Positions 37,512 to 47,363 are shown, counted from the stretch's first letter. The stretch: DNA of 64,000 bases from Pseudomonadota bacterium (GCA_048498015.1 JBEHYU010000019.1:523-64522), one strand, 5' to 3'. Notes: generated from the sequence alone by a model not told the origin. Translations and numbers: made by a program.

Positions 37512-38516
37512 ATGACTATCGGTTTCGCCCTCCTGGGAGCCGGCCGCATCGGCAAGGTGCACGCCAAGGCGGTGACCTCCAATCCCGACGCCAGGCTCGT
37601 CGCCGTCGCCGACGCGATGCCGCAGGCGGCCTCGGACATCGCCAAACAGTATGGCTGCGAAGTCCGCACCATCGAGCAGATCCTCGCTTCGGCCGACGTG
37701 CAGGCCGTGGTGATCTGCACGCCCACCGACACGCATGCCGATCTCATCGAGAAGTTCAGCAAGGCCGGCAAGGCGATCTTCTGCGAGAAGCCGATCGACC
37801 TCAGCGTCAAGCGCGTTCAGGAATGCATGGCAGTCGTCGCCGCCAACAAGTCGATCCTGATGGTCGGCTTCAACCGCCGCTTCGATCCGCATTTCATGGC
37901 GGTGCGCGCCGCGATCGATGCCGGCGAGATCGGCACGGTCGAGATGGTGACGATCATTTCGCGCGATCCAGGCCCGCCGCCGATCGACTACATCAAGCGC
38001 TCGGGCGGCATTTTCCGCGACATGACCATCCATGATTTCGACATGGCCCGGTTCCTGCTGGGCGAAGAGATCGTCTCGGTCTCGGCGCAGGCCTCGGTGC
38101 TGGTCGACAAGGCCATCGGCGAGGCCGGCGATTTCGACTCCGTCTCGGTGATGCTGTCGACCGCCTCGGGCAAGCACGCCACCATCTCCAATTCGCGCCG
38201 CGCCTCCTACGGCTATGACCAGCGCATCGAGGCGCATGGCAGCAAGGGTTCGGTGGCGGCCGAGAACCAGCGCGCCGTGTCGATCGAGGTCGCCAACGCC
38301 ATGGGCTACACCCGCCCGCCGCTGCTCGACTTCTTCATGACCCGCTATACCCAGGCCTACGCCAACGAGATCGCGGCGTTCATCGACGCCATCGGCGGCA
38401 AGCGGCCGGCCGCGCCCAACGGCGCCGACGGGCTCGCGGCGCTCGCGCTGGCCGATGCAGCGCTGAAATCGGCGACCGAGCATCGCGTGGTGAAGGTCTC
38501 CGAGATCCTCGGATGA
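37512..38516 (+). CDS. iolG: myo-Inositol 2-dehydrogenase
   Basis: LGAGRIG.VHA, ICTPTDTHAD, FCEKPID, GFNRRFDP, SGGIFRDMTIHDFD, YGYDQRIE. Confidence 0.95.
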   Translation: MTIGFALLGAGRIGKVHAKAVTSNPDARLVAVADAMPQAASDIAKQYGCEVRTIEQILASADVQAVVICTPTDTHADLIEKFSKAGKAIFCEKPIDLSVKRVQECMAVVAANKSILMVGFNRRFDPHFMAVRAAIDAGEIGTVEMVTIISRDPGPPPIDYIKRSGGIFRDMTIHDFDMARFLLGEEIVSVSAQASVLVDKAIGEAGDFDSVSVMLSTASGKHATISNSRRASYGYDQRIEAHGSKGSVAAENQRAVSIEVANAMGYTRPPLLDFFMTRYTQAYANEIAAFIDAIGGKRPAAPNGADGLAALALADAALKSATEHRVVKVSEILG

Positions 38517-39307
38517 GCATCAGTCCGCCGGCCGAGCGGCATCGGCAGACACGCGCCATCGTCACCGGGGGCGGGCAGGGCGTCGGCCTCGCCATCGCCC
38601 GCCAGCTGGTGGCTGAGGGCTGCCTATCCGTCGCCCTTGTCGGGCTCGACCGCGACAAGCTCGAGGTCGCGGCAACTGAACTCCGTGCCTCGGGCGCGCA
38701 GGTGCTGCCCGTCGCCGCCGACATCTCGAAGGTCGGCGAGTGCGAGCGCGTGGTGCAGGCGGCGGTCGATGGTTTCGGCGGTGTCAACGTGCTGGTCAAC
38801 GGCGCCGCGACCTCGGCGCGCGGCCGGCTCGACGAAACCGACGAAGCGCTGTTCGACAAGATCTTCTCGACCAACGTCAAGGGCCCGTTCTTCCTGATGC
38901 AGGGCGTGGTGCGGCATGCCATCGCCACGCAGCAGCCGGCGTCGATCCTCAACATCCTGTCGATGGTGGTGCACGCCGGTTCGGGCTTCCTGGCGGCCTA
39001 TTCAGCCAGCAAGGCCGCGGTCGCCAACCTCACGCGCAACACGGCGGTGGAGTATCGCAAGAACCGCATCCGCGTGAACGCCATCCTGCCCGGCTGGATG
39101 GACACGCCCGGTGAAGACATGGTGCAGCGCAAATGGCACGGGGCCGAGGATGGCTGGCTGGAAAAAGCCGAAGCCGGCACGCCCTTCGGTCAGCTGGTGA
39201 AGCCCGACCAGCTCGCTGTGCTCGCGGCCTACGTGCTCAGCCCCGACGCCGGCGTGATGACCGGCGCGCTGATCGACTACGACCAGACGGTGGTGATGGC
39301 GAAGTAG
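38513..39307 (+). CDS. Short-chain dehydrogenase/reductase
   Basis: TGGGQGVG, YSASK, NAILPGWMDTPGE. Confidence 0.92.
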   Translation: MSISPPAERHRQTRAIVTGGGQGVGLAIARQLVAEGCLSVALVGLDRDKLEVAATELRASGAQVLPVAADISKVGECERVVQAAVDGFGGVNVLVNGAATSARGRLDETDEALFDKIFSTNVKGPFFLMQGVVRHAIATQQPASILNILSMVVHAGSGFLAAYSASKAAVANLTRNTAVEYRKNRIRVNAILPGWMDTPGEDMVQRKWHGAEDGWLEKAEAGTPFGQLVKPDQLAVLAAYVLSPDAGVMTGALIDYDQTVVMAK

Positions 39308-39325
39308 GGGGCCGGTGGGGGATCT

Positions 39326-39458
39326 GACGGCCCTCACCCGGCGCTTCGCGCCACCCTCTCCCCAATTGGGGAGAGGGGATGCTGAACCGAAGCCTCAGTC
39401 GTGTCCCCTCGCCCCGTAGGGGAGAGGGTGGCCGCGCAGCCGCCGGGTGAGGGCCGTC
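39326..39458. repeat. Family-A REPIN-like inverted dimer between convergent operons
   Basis: GACGGCCCTCACCCGG...CTCTCCCC-AATT-GGGGAGAGGGGA / GAACCGAAGCCTCAGTCG / TCCCCTCGCCCC-GTA-GGGGAGAGGG...CCGGGTGAGGGCCGTC. Confidence 0.88.
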
Positions 39459-39470
39459 TTGCGCCGAGCC

Positions 39471-40265
39471 CTACTTCAGCAGCCACTCATGCTCGGCGGC
39501 ATTGTGGAACTTCCACGTCCGCACCGGACCAGCCATCACATTGAGGTAATACAGATCGTAGCCGTGCACCGCCGCGACGGGGTGATACCCCTTCGGCACC
39601 AGCGTCACGTCGCCGTCCTCGATCACCAGTGCTTCGTCGAGCGAGCGATCGTCGGTATAGACGCGCTGCATGGCAAAACCCTGCGGCGGGTTCACGCGGT
39701 GGTAGTAGGTCTCCTCGAGCAGCGACTCGTGGGGCAGATTGTCGGTGTCGTGCTTGTGCGGCGGATAGGACGAGGTATTGCCACCCGGCGTGATGACTTC
39801 GACCACCAGCAGCGAGTGCGCCGGATCGGTTTCGGGCAGGATGTTGGTGACGTGTCGGGTGTTGCTGCCCTTGCCGCGCACGATCGGCGGGTTGCTGCCG
39901 GGGGCGATAATTCGCGGCTCGAACTTGCCGCCGCCGGGAGCCGAGCACACGGCCAGCGTCAGCGGCGTCGTCGCTGCGACGTGCCACTCGGCGCCGGCCG
40001 GCACATAGACCGCATAAGGCTCGCCGTCGAAGGGCGACATGCGCCGACCCTGTTCGCCAAGGTCCTTGCCGTCCACCGCGACGCGGCCCTTGCCGGTGAC
40101 GAACACGAGGCAGACCTCGCGTTCATCCTTGCCACCATGGACGAAATCGGGCGGATCGAGATCCCAGAGGTCGAAGCCGACATAGGTCCAGCCGGCGCTC
40201 TCGGGCGTGATGTGATGTCGGCGCTCGTCCTCGCCGCGGGCCGGGCGGACGCGCAGCTCAGCCAT
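39471..40265 (-). CDS. iolB: 5-deoxy-glucuronate isomerase
   Basis: ITPESAGWTYVGF, SLLVVEVITPGGNTSSYPPHKHD, EETYYHR, VPKGYHP, YYLNVMAGP. Confidence 0.96.
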   Translation of the reverse strand: MAELRVRPARGEDERRHHITPESAGWTYVGFDLWDLDPPDFVHGGKDEREVCLVFVTGKGRVAVDGKDLGEQGRRMSPFDGEPYAVYVPAGAEWHVAATTPLTLAVCSAPGGGKFEPRIIAPGSNPPIVRGKGSNTRHVTNILPETDPAHSLLVVEVITPGGNTSSYPPHKHDTDNLPHESLLEETYYHRVNPPQGFAMQRVYTDDRSLDEALVIEDGDVTLVPKGYHPVAAVHGYDLYYLNVMAGPVRTWKFHNAAEHEWLLK

Positions 40266-41175
40266 TGGGGAAGCCCTGCGTCTCGACGGTGTAGCCGGCG
40301 GCATTCATCACCCGCATCAGCTCCTTGTGGCCGACCTGCGCCATCCTGAGCGGCGGGTTCTTCTTGGGGTCCTGTTCGGCCTCGACGACGAACCAGCCTT
40401 CATAGCCATAGTCGGCGAAGCGCTTGACGATCGCGCCGAAGTCCAGCGAGCCATCGCCCGGCACCGTGAAAGCGCCCAGCGCCACCGCATCGAGGAACGA
40501 TTGCTTCGTGCGGTCGAGCCCGTCGATCACCGGCCGGCGGATATCCTTCACATGCACATGCGTGATGCGCTTGTGGTGTTTGTCGATGGCGCGCAGCACG
40601 TCGCCGCCGGCAAACGCCAGATGCCCCGCGTCGAGCAGCAGCGGAATCCCCGGACCGGAAGCGGCCATGAAGGCGTCGAGCTCCGGCTCGGTCTCGACCA
40701 CGGCGGCCATGTGGTGATGGTAGCTCAGCGGCATGCCCTGCGCCGCACACCACTCGCCGAACGCCGTGAGCTTCCTGCCATAGGCCTTCATCTCGTCGTC
40801 CGAGAGTTTTGGCTTGGTCGCGAGCGGTTTGCTCCGATCACCCTGGATCGAGCGGCCGACTTCGCCATAGACGATGCAGGGCGCGTTGACCGCCTTGAAC
40901 AGCTCGATCATGGGCAGGATGCGGTCCTGGTTGGCCGCCATGTCTTCATTGACCAGCGTGCCCGAGAACCAGCCGCCGCATAGCGTCACGTCGGCGGCGC
41001 GCAGGATCGGCAGCATCACCGCCGGGTCCTTGGGGAAGCGGCGGCCCATCTCCATGCCGGTGAAGCCGGCTGAGCGCGACTGGCGCAGGCATTCCTCGAG
41101 CGACACGTCATCGCTCAGCTCTGCCAGATCATCGTTCCACCAGGCGATGGGCGACATGCCCAGTTTGGCTTTCAT
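40258..41175 (-). CDS. iolE: myo-Inosose-2 dehydratase
   Basis: PIAWWNDD, GGWFSG, YHHHM, LLDAGH, HVHVKD, FTVPGDG, GWFVVEAEQDP. Confidence 0.95.
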   Translation of the reverse strand: MKAKLGMSPIAWWNDDLAELSDDVSLEECLRQSRSAGFTGMEMGRRFPKDPAVMLPILRAADVTLCGGWFSGTLVNEDMAANQDRILPMIELFKAVNAPCIVYGEVGRSIQGDRSKPLATKPKLSDDEMKAYGRKLTAFGEWCAAQGMPLSYHHHMAAVVETEPELDAFMAASGPGIPLLLDAGHLAFAGGDVLRAIDKHHKRITHVHVKDIRRPVIDGLDRTKQSFLDAVALGAFTVPGDGSLDFGAIVKRFADYGYEGWFVVEAEQDPKKNPPLRMAQVGHKELMRVMNAAGYTVETQGFPNG

Positions 41176-41197
41176 TTGTATGCTCCGTGCCCAGACT

Positions 41198-41348
41198 GGC
41201 CCCTCACCCGGCGCTTCGCGCCACCCTCTCCCCAGAGGGGCGAGGGGACCCGACTGCGGAATTCTGCACTATGAACTGCGGACTCGGCTCTATCGTCCCC
41301 TCGCCCCTCTGGGGAGAGGGTGGCCGCGTAGCGGCCGGGTGAGGGGCC
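41198..41348. repeat. Family-A REPIN-like inverted dimer between iolD and iolE
   Basis: GGCCCCTCACCCGGCGCTTCGCGCCACCCTCTCCCCAGAGGGGCGAGGGGAC...GTCCCCTCGCCCCTCTGGGGAGAGGGTGGCC...CCGGGTGAGGGGCC. Confidence 0.9.
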
Positions 41349-41363
41349 GACAGATACCTGAAC

Positions 41364-43208
41364 TCACAATACCTGCCCCTTCACCGCTTCCTCATATTCC
41401 TTCCGCGCCGCGTTCACCTGCGGCCGCACGCTCACTTCCGGCACGGCGACATCCCACCAGTGCCCCCCGGCATCGGTCGAGATCAGCGGGTCCGTATCGA
41501 TGACGATCACCGACGTCCGCGTGTCCGCCTCGGCGGCCTTCAGCTGCGCCTCGAGATCGGCGATCGAACTCGCCTTGCGCGCCACGGCGCCCATGGACTC
41601 CGCGTGCTTGACGAAATCGATCTCGGGCATCACCTCGTGCAGCGTGTCCTCGAAGCGATTGTTGAAGTTGGCGCTGCCGGTGGCCATCTGCAGCCGGTTG
41701 ATGCAGCCATAGCCGCGATTGTCGAGCACCACGATGGTGAGCTTCTTGCCCAGCATCACCGAGCTCGAAATCTCGGAATTCATCATCATGTACGAGCCGT
41801 CGCCGAGCATCACGATCACATCGTCGTTGGGCTTGGCGATCTTGACGCCGAGGCCGCCCGCGATCTCGTAGCCCATGGTCGAGTAGCCATACTCCATGTG
41901 ATAGCTGCCCGGCTTGCCGGCCGGCCAGAGCTTGTGCAATTCGCCGGGCAGCCCGCCCGCCGCGCACACCAGCGTTACGTCGGAGCCGCGGGCGCGATGC
42001 ACCGCGCCGATCACCTGCGCGTCCGAGGGCAAAGCGTTGGTCGGATCTGTGACCGCCTTCGCCTGGCCGAGCCAGCGCTCCTTGCCGGCCCTCGCCGTCG
42101 CCTGCCAGGCATCGCTGGTCTTCCACGGCCCAAGCCTGCCATCGAGCAGGTCGAGCCCGACTTTTGCATCGGCAATCAGCGGCAGCGCGCGGTGCTTGTG
42201 CGCATCGAACAGCTGCACATTGAGCCCGACGATCTTCACGCCCTCCGCCTTGAACAGCGCCCACGAGCCCGTGGTGAAATCCTGCAGCCGCGAGCCGACC
42301 GCCAGCACGAGATCGGCCTGTTCGGCCAGCAGGTTCGAGGCCGACGACCCCGTCACACCCACCGATCCCATGTTCAGCGGATGATCATGCGGCAGGCTCG
42401 ATTTGCCGGCATTGGTTTCCATCACCGGCACGCCGTGGCGCTCGGCGAAAGCCCGCAGCCCCTCGGCGGCTTCGGAGTAGAGCACGCCGCCGCCGGCGAT
42501 GATCACCGGCTTCTGCGACGCACGGATTGCGGCCACCGCCGCTTCGAGCTCGGCCACATCCGGCTGCGGCCGGCGCGGCGTCCAGATGCGCTCCTCGAAC
42601 ATGGCGGCCGGATAATCGAACGCCTCGGCCTGCACGTCCTGGCACAGCGCCAGCGTCACCGGTCCGCACTCGGCCGGATCGGTCAGTATCTGCATGGCGC
42701 GATTGAGTGCCGAGATGATCTGCTCGGGCCGCGTAATGCGGTCGAAATAGCGGCTCACCGGACGGAACACGTCGTTGGCGCTCACCGTGCCGTCGCCAAA
42801 ACTTTCGACCTGCTGCAGCACCGGATCGGGGGCGCGGTTGGCGAACACGTCGCCGGGCAGCAGCAGCACGGGCAGGCGGTTCACATGCGCCAGGGCCGCG
42901 GCCGTCACGAGATTGGTTGCGCCCGGCCCGATCGAGGTGGTCACCGCCATCATGCGGCGGCGGAAGCTGGCCTTGGCGTAGGCGATGGCGGCGTGCGCCA
43001 TGCTCTGCTCGTTCTGCCCGCGATAGGTCGGCAGCTCGCCGCGCACCTGGTACAGCGCCTCGCCTACACCGGCGACATTGCCATGCCCGAAGATCGCGAA
43101 CACGCCGCCGAACAGCGGCACCTTGTTGCCGTCGATCACCGTCATCTGCCGGGTCAGGAATTTCGCCAGCGCCTGCGCCATGGTCAGGCGGATGGTGTTG
43201 CCGCTCAT
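41364..43208 (-). CDS. iolD: 3D-(3,5/4)-trihydroxycyclohexane-1,2-dione hydrolase
   Basis: IRLTMAQAL, IFGHGNV, NEQSMAH, TTSIGPGATN, EYGYSTMGYE, GDGSY, WWDVAV. Confidence 0.97.
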   Translation of the reverse strand: MSGNTIRLTMAQALAKFLTRQMTVIDGNKVPLFGGVFAIFGHGNVAGVGEALYQVRGELPTYRGQNEQSMAHAAIAYAKASFRRRMMAVTTSIGPGATNLVTAAALAHVNRLPVLLLPGDVFANRAPDPVLQQVESFGDGTVSANDVFRPVSRYFDRITRPEQIISALNRAMQILTDPAECGPVTLALCQDVQAEAFDYPAAMFEERIWTPRRPQPDVAELEAAVAAIRASQKPVIIAGGGVLYSEAAEGLRAFAERHGVPVMETNAGKSSLPHDHPLNMGSVGVTGSSASNLLAEQADLVLAVGSRLQDFTTGSWALFKAEGVKIVGLNVQLFDAHKHRALPLIADAKVGLDLLDGRLGPWKTSDAWQATARAGKERWLGQAKAVTDPTNALPSDAQVIGAVHRARGSDVTLVCAAGGLPGELHKLWPAGKPGSYHMEYGYSTMGYEIAGGLGVKIAKPNDDVIVMLGDGSYMMMNSEISSSVMLGKKLTIVVLDNRGYGCINRLQMATGSANFNNRFEDTLHEVMPEIDFVKHAESMGAVARKASSIADLEAQLKAAEADTRTSVIVIDTDPLISTDAGGHWWDVAVPEVSVRPQVNAARKEYEEAVKGQVL

Positions 43209-43239
43209 TGCGTCCTCCCCAATTGTTGCGATGACCCTA

Positions 43240-45165
43240 TCAGGCCGCTTGTGTCTCGCCGAGACGCTGCCACGTCGCGGTCAGCGACTCGAAGCGGCGG
43301 GCCATGTCGGCGATGGCCTGCTCGTCGTTCATGCTGCCCGACAGCCAGACCCGCGCCGCGTCGCCGAAGATCGTGCGGCCGACGGCAAAGCCCTTCACCG
43401 TCCGGGCCGAGCGCGCCGCGGCAAAACCCTGCTCCAGCAGCTCCTGCGACGCGTCGAGCCCGAGCAGCACCACGCCGCGGCAGAAGGGGTCCCGCGCCTC
43501 GATGACGCGGTCGATCTCTTCCCAGGCGCGGCGGCTGGCCTGCGGCTCGAGCTTCCACCAGTCAGGCTTGAGACCGGCATCGTAGAGCTCGGTCAGCACA
43601 CGCGACACCGTGGTGTCGCCCAGCGCGCCGTTCTTGCTGGCAATGATCTCGATCAAGAGTTCACGGCCGACCTTGCGCGCCGCGTCATAGGCCTGGCGCA
43701 GCCTGTCGACCTGCTCGGCCTTGAGGCTTGCCGCGTCGTCCGGATGGTAGAAGCACAGCACCTTGATGCAGTGGTTCACCGGCCAGTCGATGAGCCGGCT
43801 GCCGAGGTCCTGGCTGAACTCGAAGCGCAGCGGCCGGCTGCCGGGCAGCTCTATCGGCCGCGCGATCCACAGCGGCTCGGCGCCCGCGTCGAACAGTGCG
43901 TCGCGGCCATATTTGTCGTCGATCAGCATGCCATAGCCGGGCCGGCCAGCCGCGACCCGCGCTGCCGCCTTCACGGCCAGCCGCTTGAACGCGGTAAGCC
44001 TGTCCGGCGTCGCGCCGGGAAGCTCCTCGAGCTGCGAGCGGTGGTCGATGGCAAGCGCCATCAGCTGCGGGATCGGCTCGCGCCGCGTCGTCGCCCAGTG
44101 GATATGGTTGAGCGCTTCGTCCTTGCGCAGCGCGCGTTCCTTGCTGCCCGTCTTGAGGAAATAGCTGAGTTCTTCCCAGGTCGGATATTCCGGCGCGCAG
44201 AGCAGGCGCGACACCGCGAAGGCACCGCAGGCATTGGCCCAGGTCGCCGAGGTCCCATGCGGTTCGCCCTTCAGCCAGCCGCGCAGGAACCCCGACATGA
44301 ACGCATCGCCCGCGCCCAGCACGTTGTAGATCTCGATCGGAAAACCCTTGCCGACGATGCCCTGTTCGAGATCGTCGGGGATCGGCCCGTCATAGACGAT
44401 GCAACCCAGGGCGCCGCGCTTGAGGACAATCGTTGCACCCGAGAGTGTGCGGATCGCCTTAAGCGCGGCTGGGAGGACATCGGTGCCGGCGGCAATGGAG
44501 ATTTCTTCCTCGGTGCCGACGATGAGGTCCACGTCGGCGAGGATGGATTGATATTCAGCGGTGACGCGCTCGGATTTGACGTAGCGCTCGAAGCCGGCGG
44601 CATGCCCCGCTAGGCCCCAGAGGTTGGGGCGATAGTCGATGTCGAACACGACCTTGGCGCCATTGGCCTTGGCCAGCCGGATCGCCTTCTTTTGCGCGGC
44701 GGCGGCGTTGGGTGTCGAGAAATGCGTTCCCGTCACCACGATGGCGCGGGCCGAGGCGATGAAGCTCTCGTCGATATCGGCTTCGCTGAGCGCCATGTCG
44801 GCGCAGTCGGTGCGATAGAAGATCATCGGCGAGACGCCCTCGGCCTCGACCGACAGCAGCACCAGCGCCGTCAGCCGGTCGGCGTCAGTGACGATGCCGC
44901 GGGTTTCAACACCCTCGCGCGCCAGCTGCTCCTTGATGAAGCCGCCCATCTGCTCGGCGCCGACGCGGGTGATCAGCGCCGATTTGAGGCCGAGGCGGGC
45001 GGTGCCGACGGAGATATTGGTGGGGCAGCCGCCCACGGATTTGGCGAAGCTGCCGATATCCTGCAGGCGCGTGCCGATCTGCTGGCCGTAGAGATCGACG
45101 GAGGCGCGACCAATGGTAATGACATCGAGCGGCTTGCTGGCCGCTGCATCGCGCGTCGTGGTCAA
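43240..45165 (-). CDS. iolC: 5-dehydro-2-deoxygluconokinase fused to DUF2090 aldolase
   Basis: PfkB motifs (GRASVDLY, VGGCP.N, DIDYRP.LW, GAGDAF) plus C-terminal AIDHRSQ..PDWWKL..GFAVGRTIF; TTG start after GAGGAGG. Confidence 0.95.
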   Translation of the reverse strand: MTTTRDAAASKPLDVITIGRASVDLYGQQIGTRLQDIGSFAKSVGGCPTNISVGTARLGLKSALITRVGAEQMGGFIKEQLAREGVETRGIVTDADRLTALVLLSVEAEGVSPMIFYRTDCADMALSEADIDESFIASARAIVVTGTHFSTPNAAAAQKKAIRLAKANGAKVVFDIDYRPNLWGLAGHAAGFERYVKSERVTAEYQSILADVDLIVGTEEEISIAAGTDVLPAALKAIRTLSGATIVLKRGALGCIVYDGPIPDDLEQGIVGKGFPIEIYNVLGAGDAFMSGFLRGWLKGEPHGTSATWANACGAFAVSRLLCAPEYPTWEELSYFLKTGSKERALRKDEALNHIHWATTRREPIPQLMALAIDHRSQLEELPGATPDRLTAFKRLAVKAAARVAAGRPGYGMLIDDKYGRDALFDAGAEPLWIARPIELPGSRPLRFEFSQDLGSRLIDWPVNHCIKVLCFYHPDDAASLKAEQVDRLRQAYDAARKVGRELLIEIIASKNGALGDTTVSRVLTELYDAGLKPDWWKLEPQASRRAWEEIDRVIEARDPFCRGVVLLGLDASQELLEQGFAAARSARTVKGFAVGRTIFGDAARVWLSGSMNDEQAIADMARRFESLTATWQRLGETQAA

Positions 45166-45188
45166 TCTGGCCTCCTCAGACCTCAAAC

Positions 45189-45233
45189 GAAATACAGGTT
45201 CCGTGTGATAGTCAATATGGAATTTTCATTCCA
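45189..45233 (-). promoter_or_regulatory. iolC promoter with two IolR-like boxes
   Basis: Minus strand TGGAATGAAAATTCC-ATA-TTGACTATCACA-CGGAACCTGTATTTC. Confidence 0.82.
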
Positions 45234-45281
45234 TATGCTGTCTCGGGCGCTTGGAGGAGCAGGGTCGGATAGGCCAAGAAA

Positions 45282-46124
45282 TCAGCCGTGGCGGCGCTTT
45301 TCGGCGACGCTTACGGTGAGGGCCATGGCAAACGCCATGCTGGCGGAGAGGGAACGAAATCCGGCATGATCGGCCTCGACGACCTCGAACCAGATTTTGG
45401 AGCACTCCGCCAGCGGCGAGAACGCCGAGTCGGTGAGCGACACCACCGCTACGCCGCGATCGGCCATGGCGCGGGCCTGGCCGGCGCTCTCGGACGCATA
45501 GGGCGAGAAGCTCACGGCGAACGCCGCGTCGCGCGGTCCGGCCAGCGCCAGCACGTCGTCATCGATGCCCGCCGCCGTGCCGACCGCGATGCATTTCACC
45601 CGCAGCTTGCCGAAGGCGTACGCCATGTAGGAGCTGATCGGGTAGGAGCGGCGCTTGGCGATCAGGAAGATGGTCTGCGCGCCCGCCAGCAGTTCCGCGG
45701 CGCGCTCGAACGCATCGGGGTCGACAGCCTTGCTCAGCGCGTCCAACGAGCGATGGCCGGCATTCACGAAGCCGTTGAGGATCGCCATGCTCTCGGGCAT
45801 GGCGGGACTGTCCTGCTCGAGGAGACGAAGCCTCTCCTCGTAGGACGAGGTGCGCTCCTTCAGCCGGGCGCGGAACAGCTGCTGCAGGCTGGAAAAGCCC
45901 TCGAAGCCGAATTGCTGGGCGAAGCGCACAAGCGTGGAGGGCTGCACATTGGCCGAGCCCGCAATGGATGCCGCGGTGCGGAAGGCGATCTCGTCGGGGT
46001 TGTCGAGCGCATAGGCGGCCACCTGCGTCAACCGCTTGGGCAGGCTCGCCTTGCGCTCGAGGATGGCGCTGCGCAGCGCGTCGAAATCTTTGGGCGGGGT
46101 CGATGGAATTTCGGTATCGCTCAT
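45282..46124 (-). CDS. iolR: RpiR-family regulator of inositol catabolism
   Basis: LPKRLTQVA, VQPSTLVRFAQ.FGFEGFS, SIS domain SFSPYA..LTDSAFSPL; adjacent to iolC. Confidence 0.9.
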   Translation of the reverse strand: MSDTEIPSTPPKDFDALRSAILERKASLPKRLTQVAAYALDNPDEIAFRTAASIAGSANVQPSTLVRFAQQFGFEGFSSLQQLFRARLKERTSSYEERLRLLEQDSPAMPESMAILNGFVNAGHRSLDALSKAVDPDAFERAAELLAGAQTIFLIAKRRSYPISSYMAYAFGKLRVKCIAVGTAAGIDDDVLALAGPRDAAFAVSFSPYASESAGQARAMADRGVAVVSLTDSAFSPLAECSKIWFEVVEADHAGFRSLSASMAFAMALTVSVAEKRRHG

Positions 46125-46206
46125 GCGGGGAAGAGGCGGTGGAACCGACCGGCAAGTCAAGCCGGGACCGCGCTTTGTGCCCCAGCGGCGGCAATGGGAG
46201 GATGAG

Positions 46207-47316
46207 ATGGCGAATTTGGGCGTCGGGCTGATCGGCACCGGCTACATGGGCAAGTGCCACGCGCTGGCCTGGACCGGGGTGCATGCCGTATTCGGCGATG
46301 GGCCGGCGATCCGGCTGGTGCACCTCAGCGAGGTGACCGACGAGCTTGCCGCGCAGCGCGCCGCCGAATTCGGCTTCGCCAGATCGGGCAAGGACTGGCG
46401 CGCACTGGTCAACGACCCGAAGGTCGATGTCGTCTCGATCACCACGCCCAACCAGTTCCATGCCGAGATGGCGATCGCGGCGCTCGAAGCGGGCAAGCAT
46501 GTCTGGTGCGAAAAGCCGATGGCGACGAGCCTCGCCGATGCCGAGCGCATGGCCGCCGCCGCGAAGGCTTCAGGCAAGGTGACGGTGCTGGGCTACAACT
46601 ACATCCAGAACCCGATGGTCCGGCAGATCGAAGCGCTGCTGGGCGCCGGCACGATCGGCACCGTGAACCACGTCCGCGTCGAGATGGACGAGGACTTCAT
46701 GGCCGACCCCGAAACGCCCTTCGTGTTCAAGAACGACAAGGCCTCGGGCTATGGTGCGCTCGACGATTTCGGCGTGCATCCGCTGTCGCTGATCACCACG
46801 CTGCTCGGGCCGATGACGCGGCTCGTCTGCCACGAGGCCAAGCCCTATGCGACGCGTCCGATGGTCGGCGGCAGGCCGGCCGAGACGCACGATATCGCCG
46901 GCGTGCTGTTCGAGCTCGCGACGGGCGCTTCCGGCGTGCTCGCGCTCAACCGCAGCGCCTGGGGCCGCAAGGGCCGCATCGCGGTGCAACTCTATGGCGA
47001 CAAGGGCGCCATCCTGTTCGACCAGGAGCGCTTCAACGAGCTGCAGCTCTACACCGCCGACGGCCCCAAGGAGACGCGCGGCTTCCGCACCATCCTCGCG
47101 GCGCCCGAGCACGCCCCCTACAACAGGTTCATCCCGGCGCCCGGCCACAGCCTCGGTTTCAACGATCTCAAGATCATCGAGTGCCACGAACTGCTCTCGA
47201 AGATCGCCGGCAATGCGCAGGCCCGCATTATCGATTTCGACGCGGGCCTCAGGATCGAGCGCACCGTGGCGGCGATGGCGCGCTCGCACGAGACGCAGGC
47301 CTGGGTGACGGTGTGA
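46207..47316 (+). CDS. Gfo/Idh/MocA-family oxidoreductase (likely inositol-isomer dehydrogenase)
   Basis: IGTGYMGKCHA, ITTPN..H, HVWCEKP, GALDDFGVH, PAPGHSLGFNDLK. Confidence 0.9.
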   Translation: MANLGVGLIGTGYMGKCHALAWTGVHAVFGDGPAIRLVHLSEVTDELAAQRAAEFGFARSGKDWRALVNDPKVDVVSITTPNQFHAEMAIAALEAGKHVWCEKPMATSLADAERMAAAAKASGKVTVLGYNYIQNPMVRQIEALLGAGTIGTVNHVRVEMDEDFMADPETPFVFKNDKASGYGALDDFGVHPLSLITTLLGPMTRLVCHEAKPYATRPMVGGRPAETHDIAGVLFELATGASGVLALNRSAWGRKGRIAVQLYGDKGAILFDQERFNELQLYTADGPKETRGFRTILAAPEHAPYNRFIPAPGHSLGFNDLKIIECHELLSKIAGNAQARIIDFDAGLRIERTVAAMARSHETQAWVTV

Positions 47317-47363
47317 GCTAAGGTCGGCTGTTGCGGCCGGCGGGCTTCGTGTAAGGAGCCGCG

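Noticed and set aside
27534-41348. Repeat-spacer-repeat units as a CRISPR array
   Set aside because: Units are inverted, dispersed pairs with conserved rather than unique spacers; no cas genes
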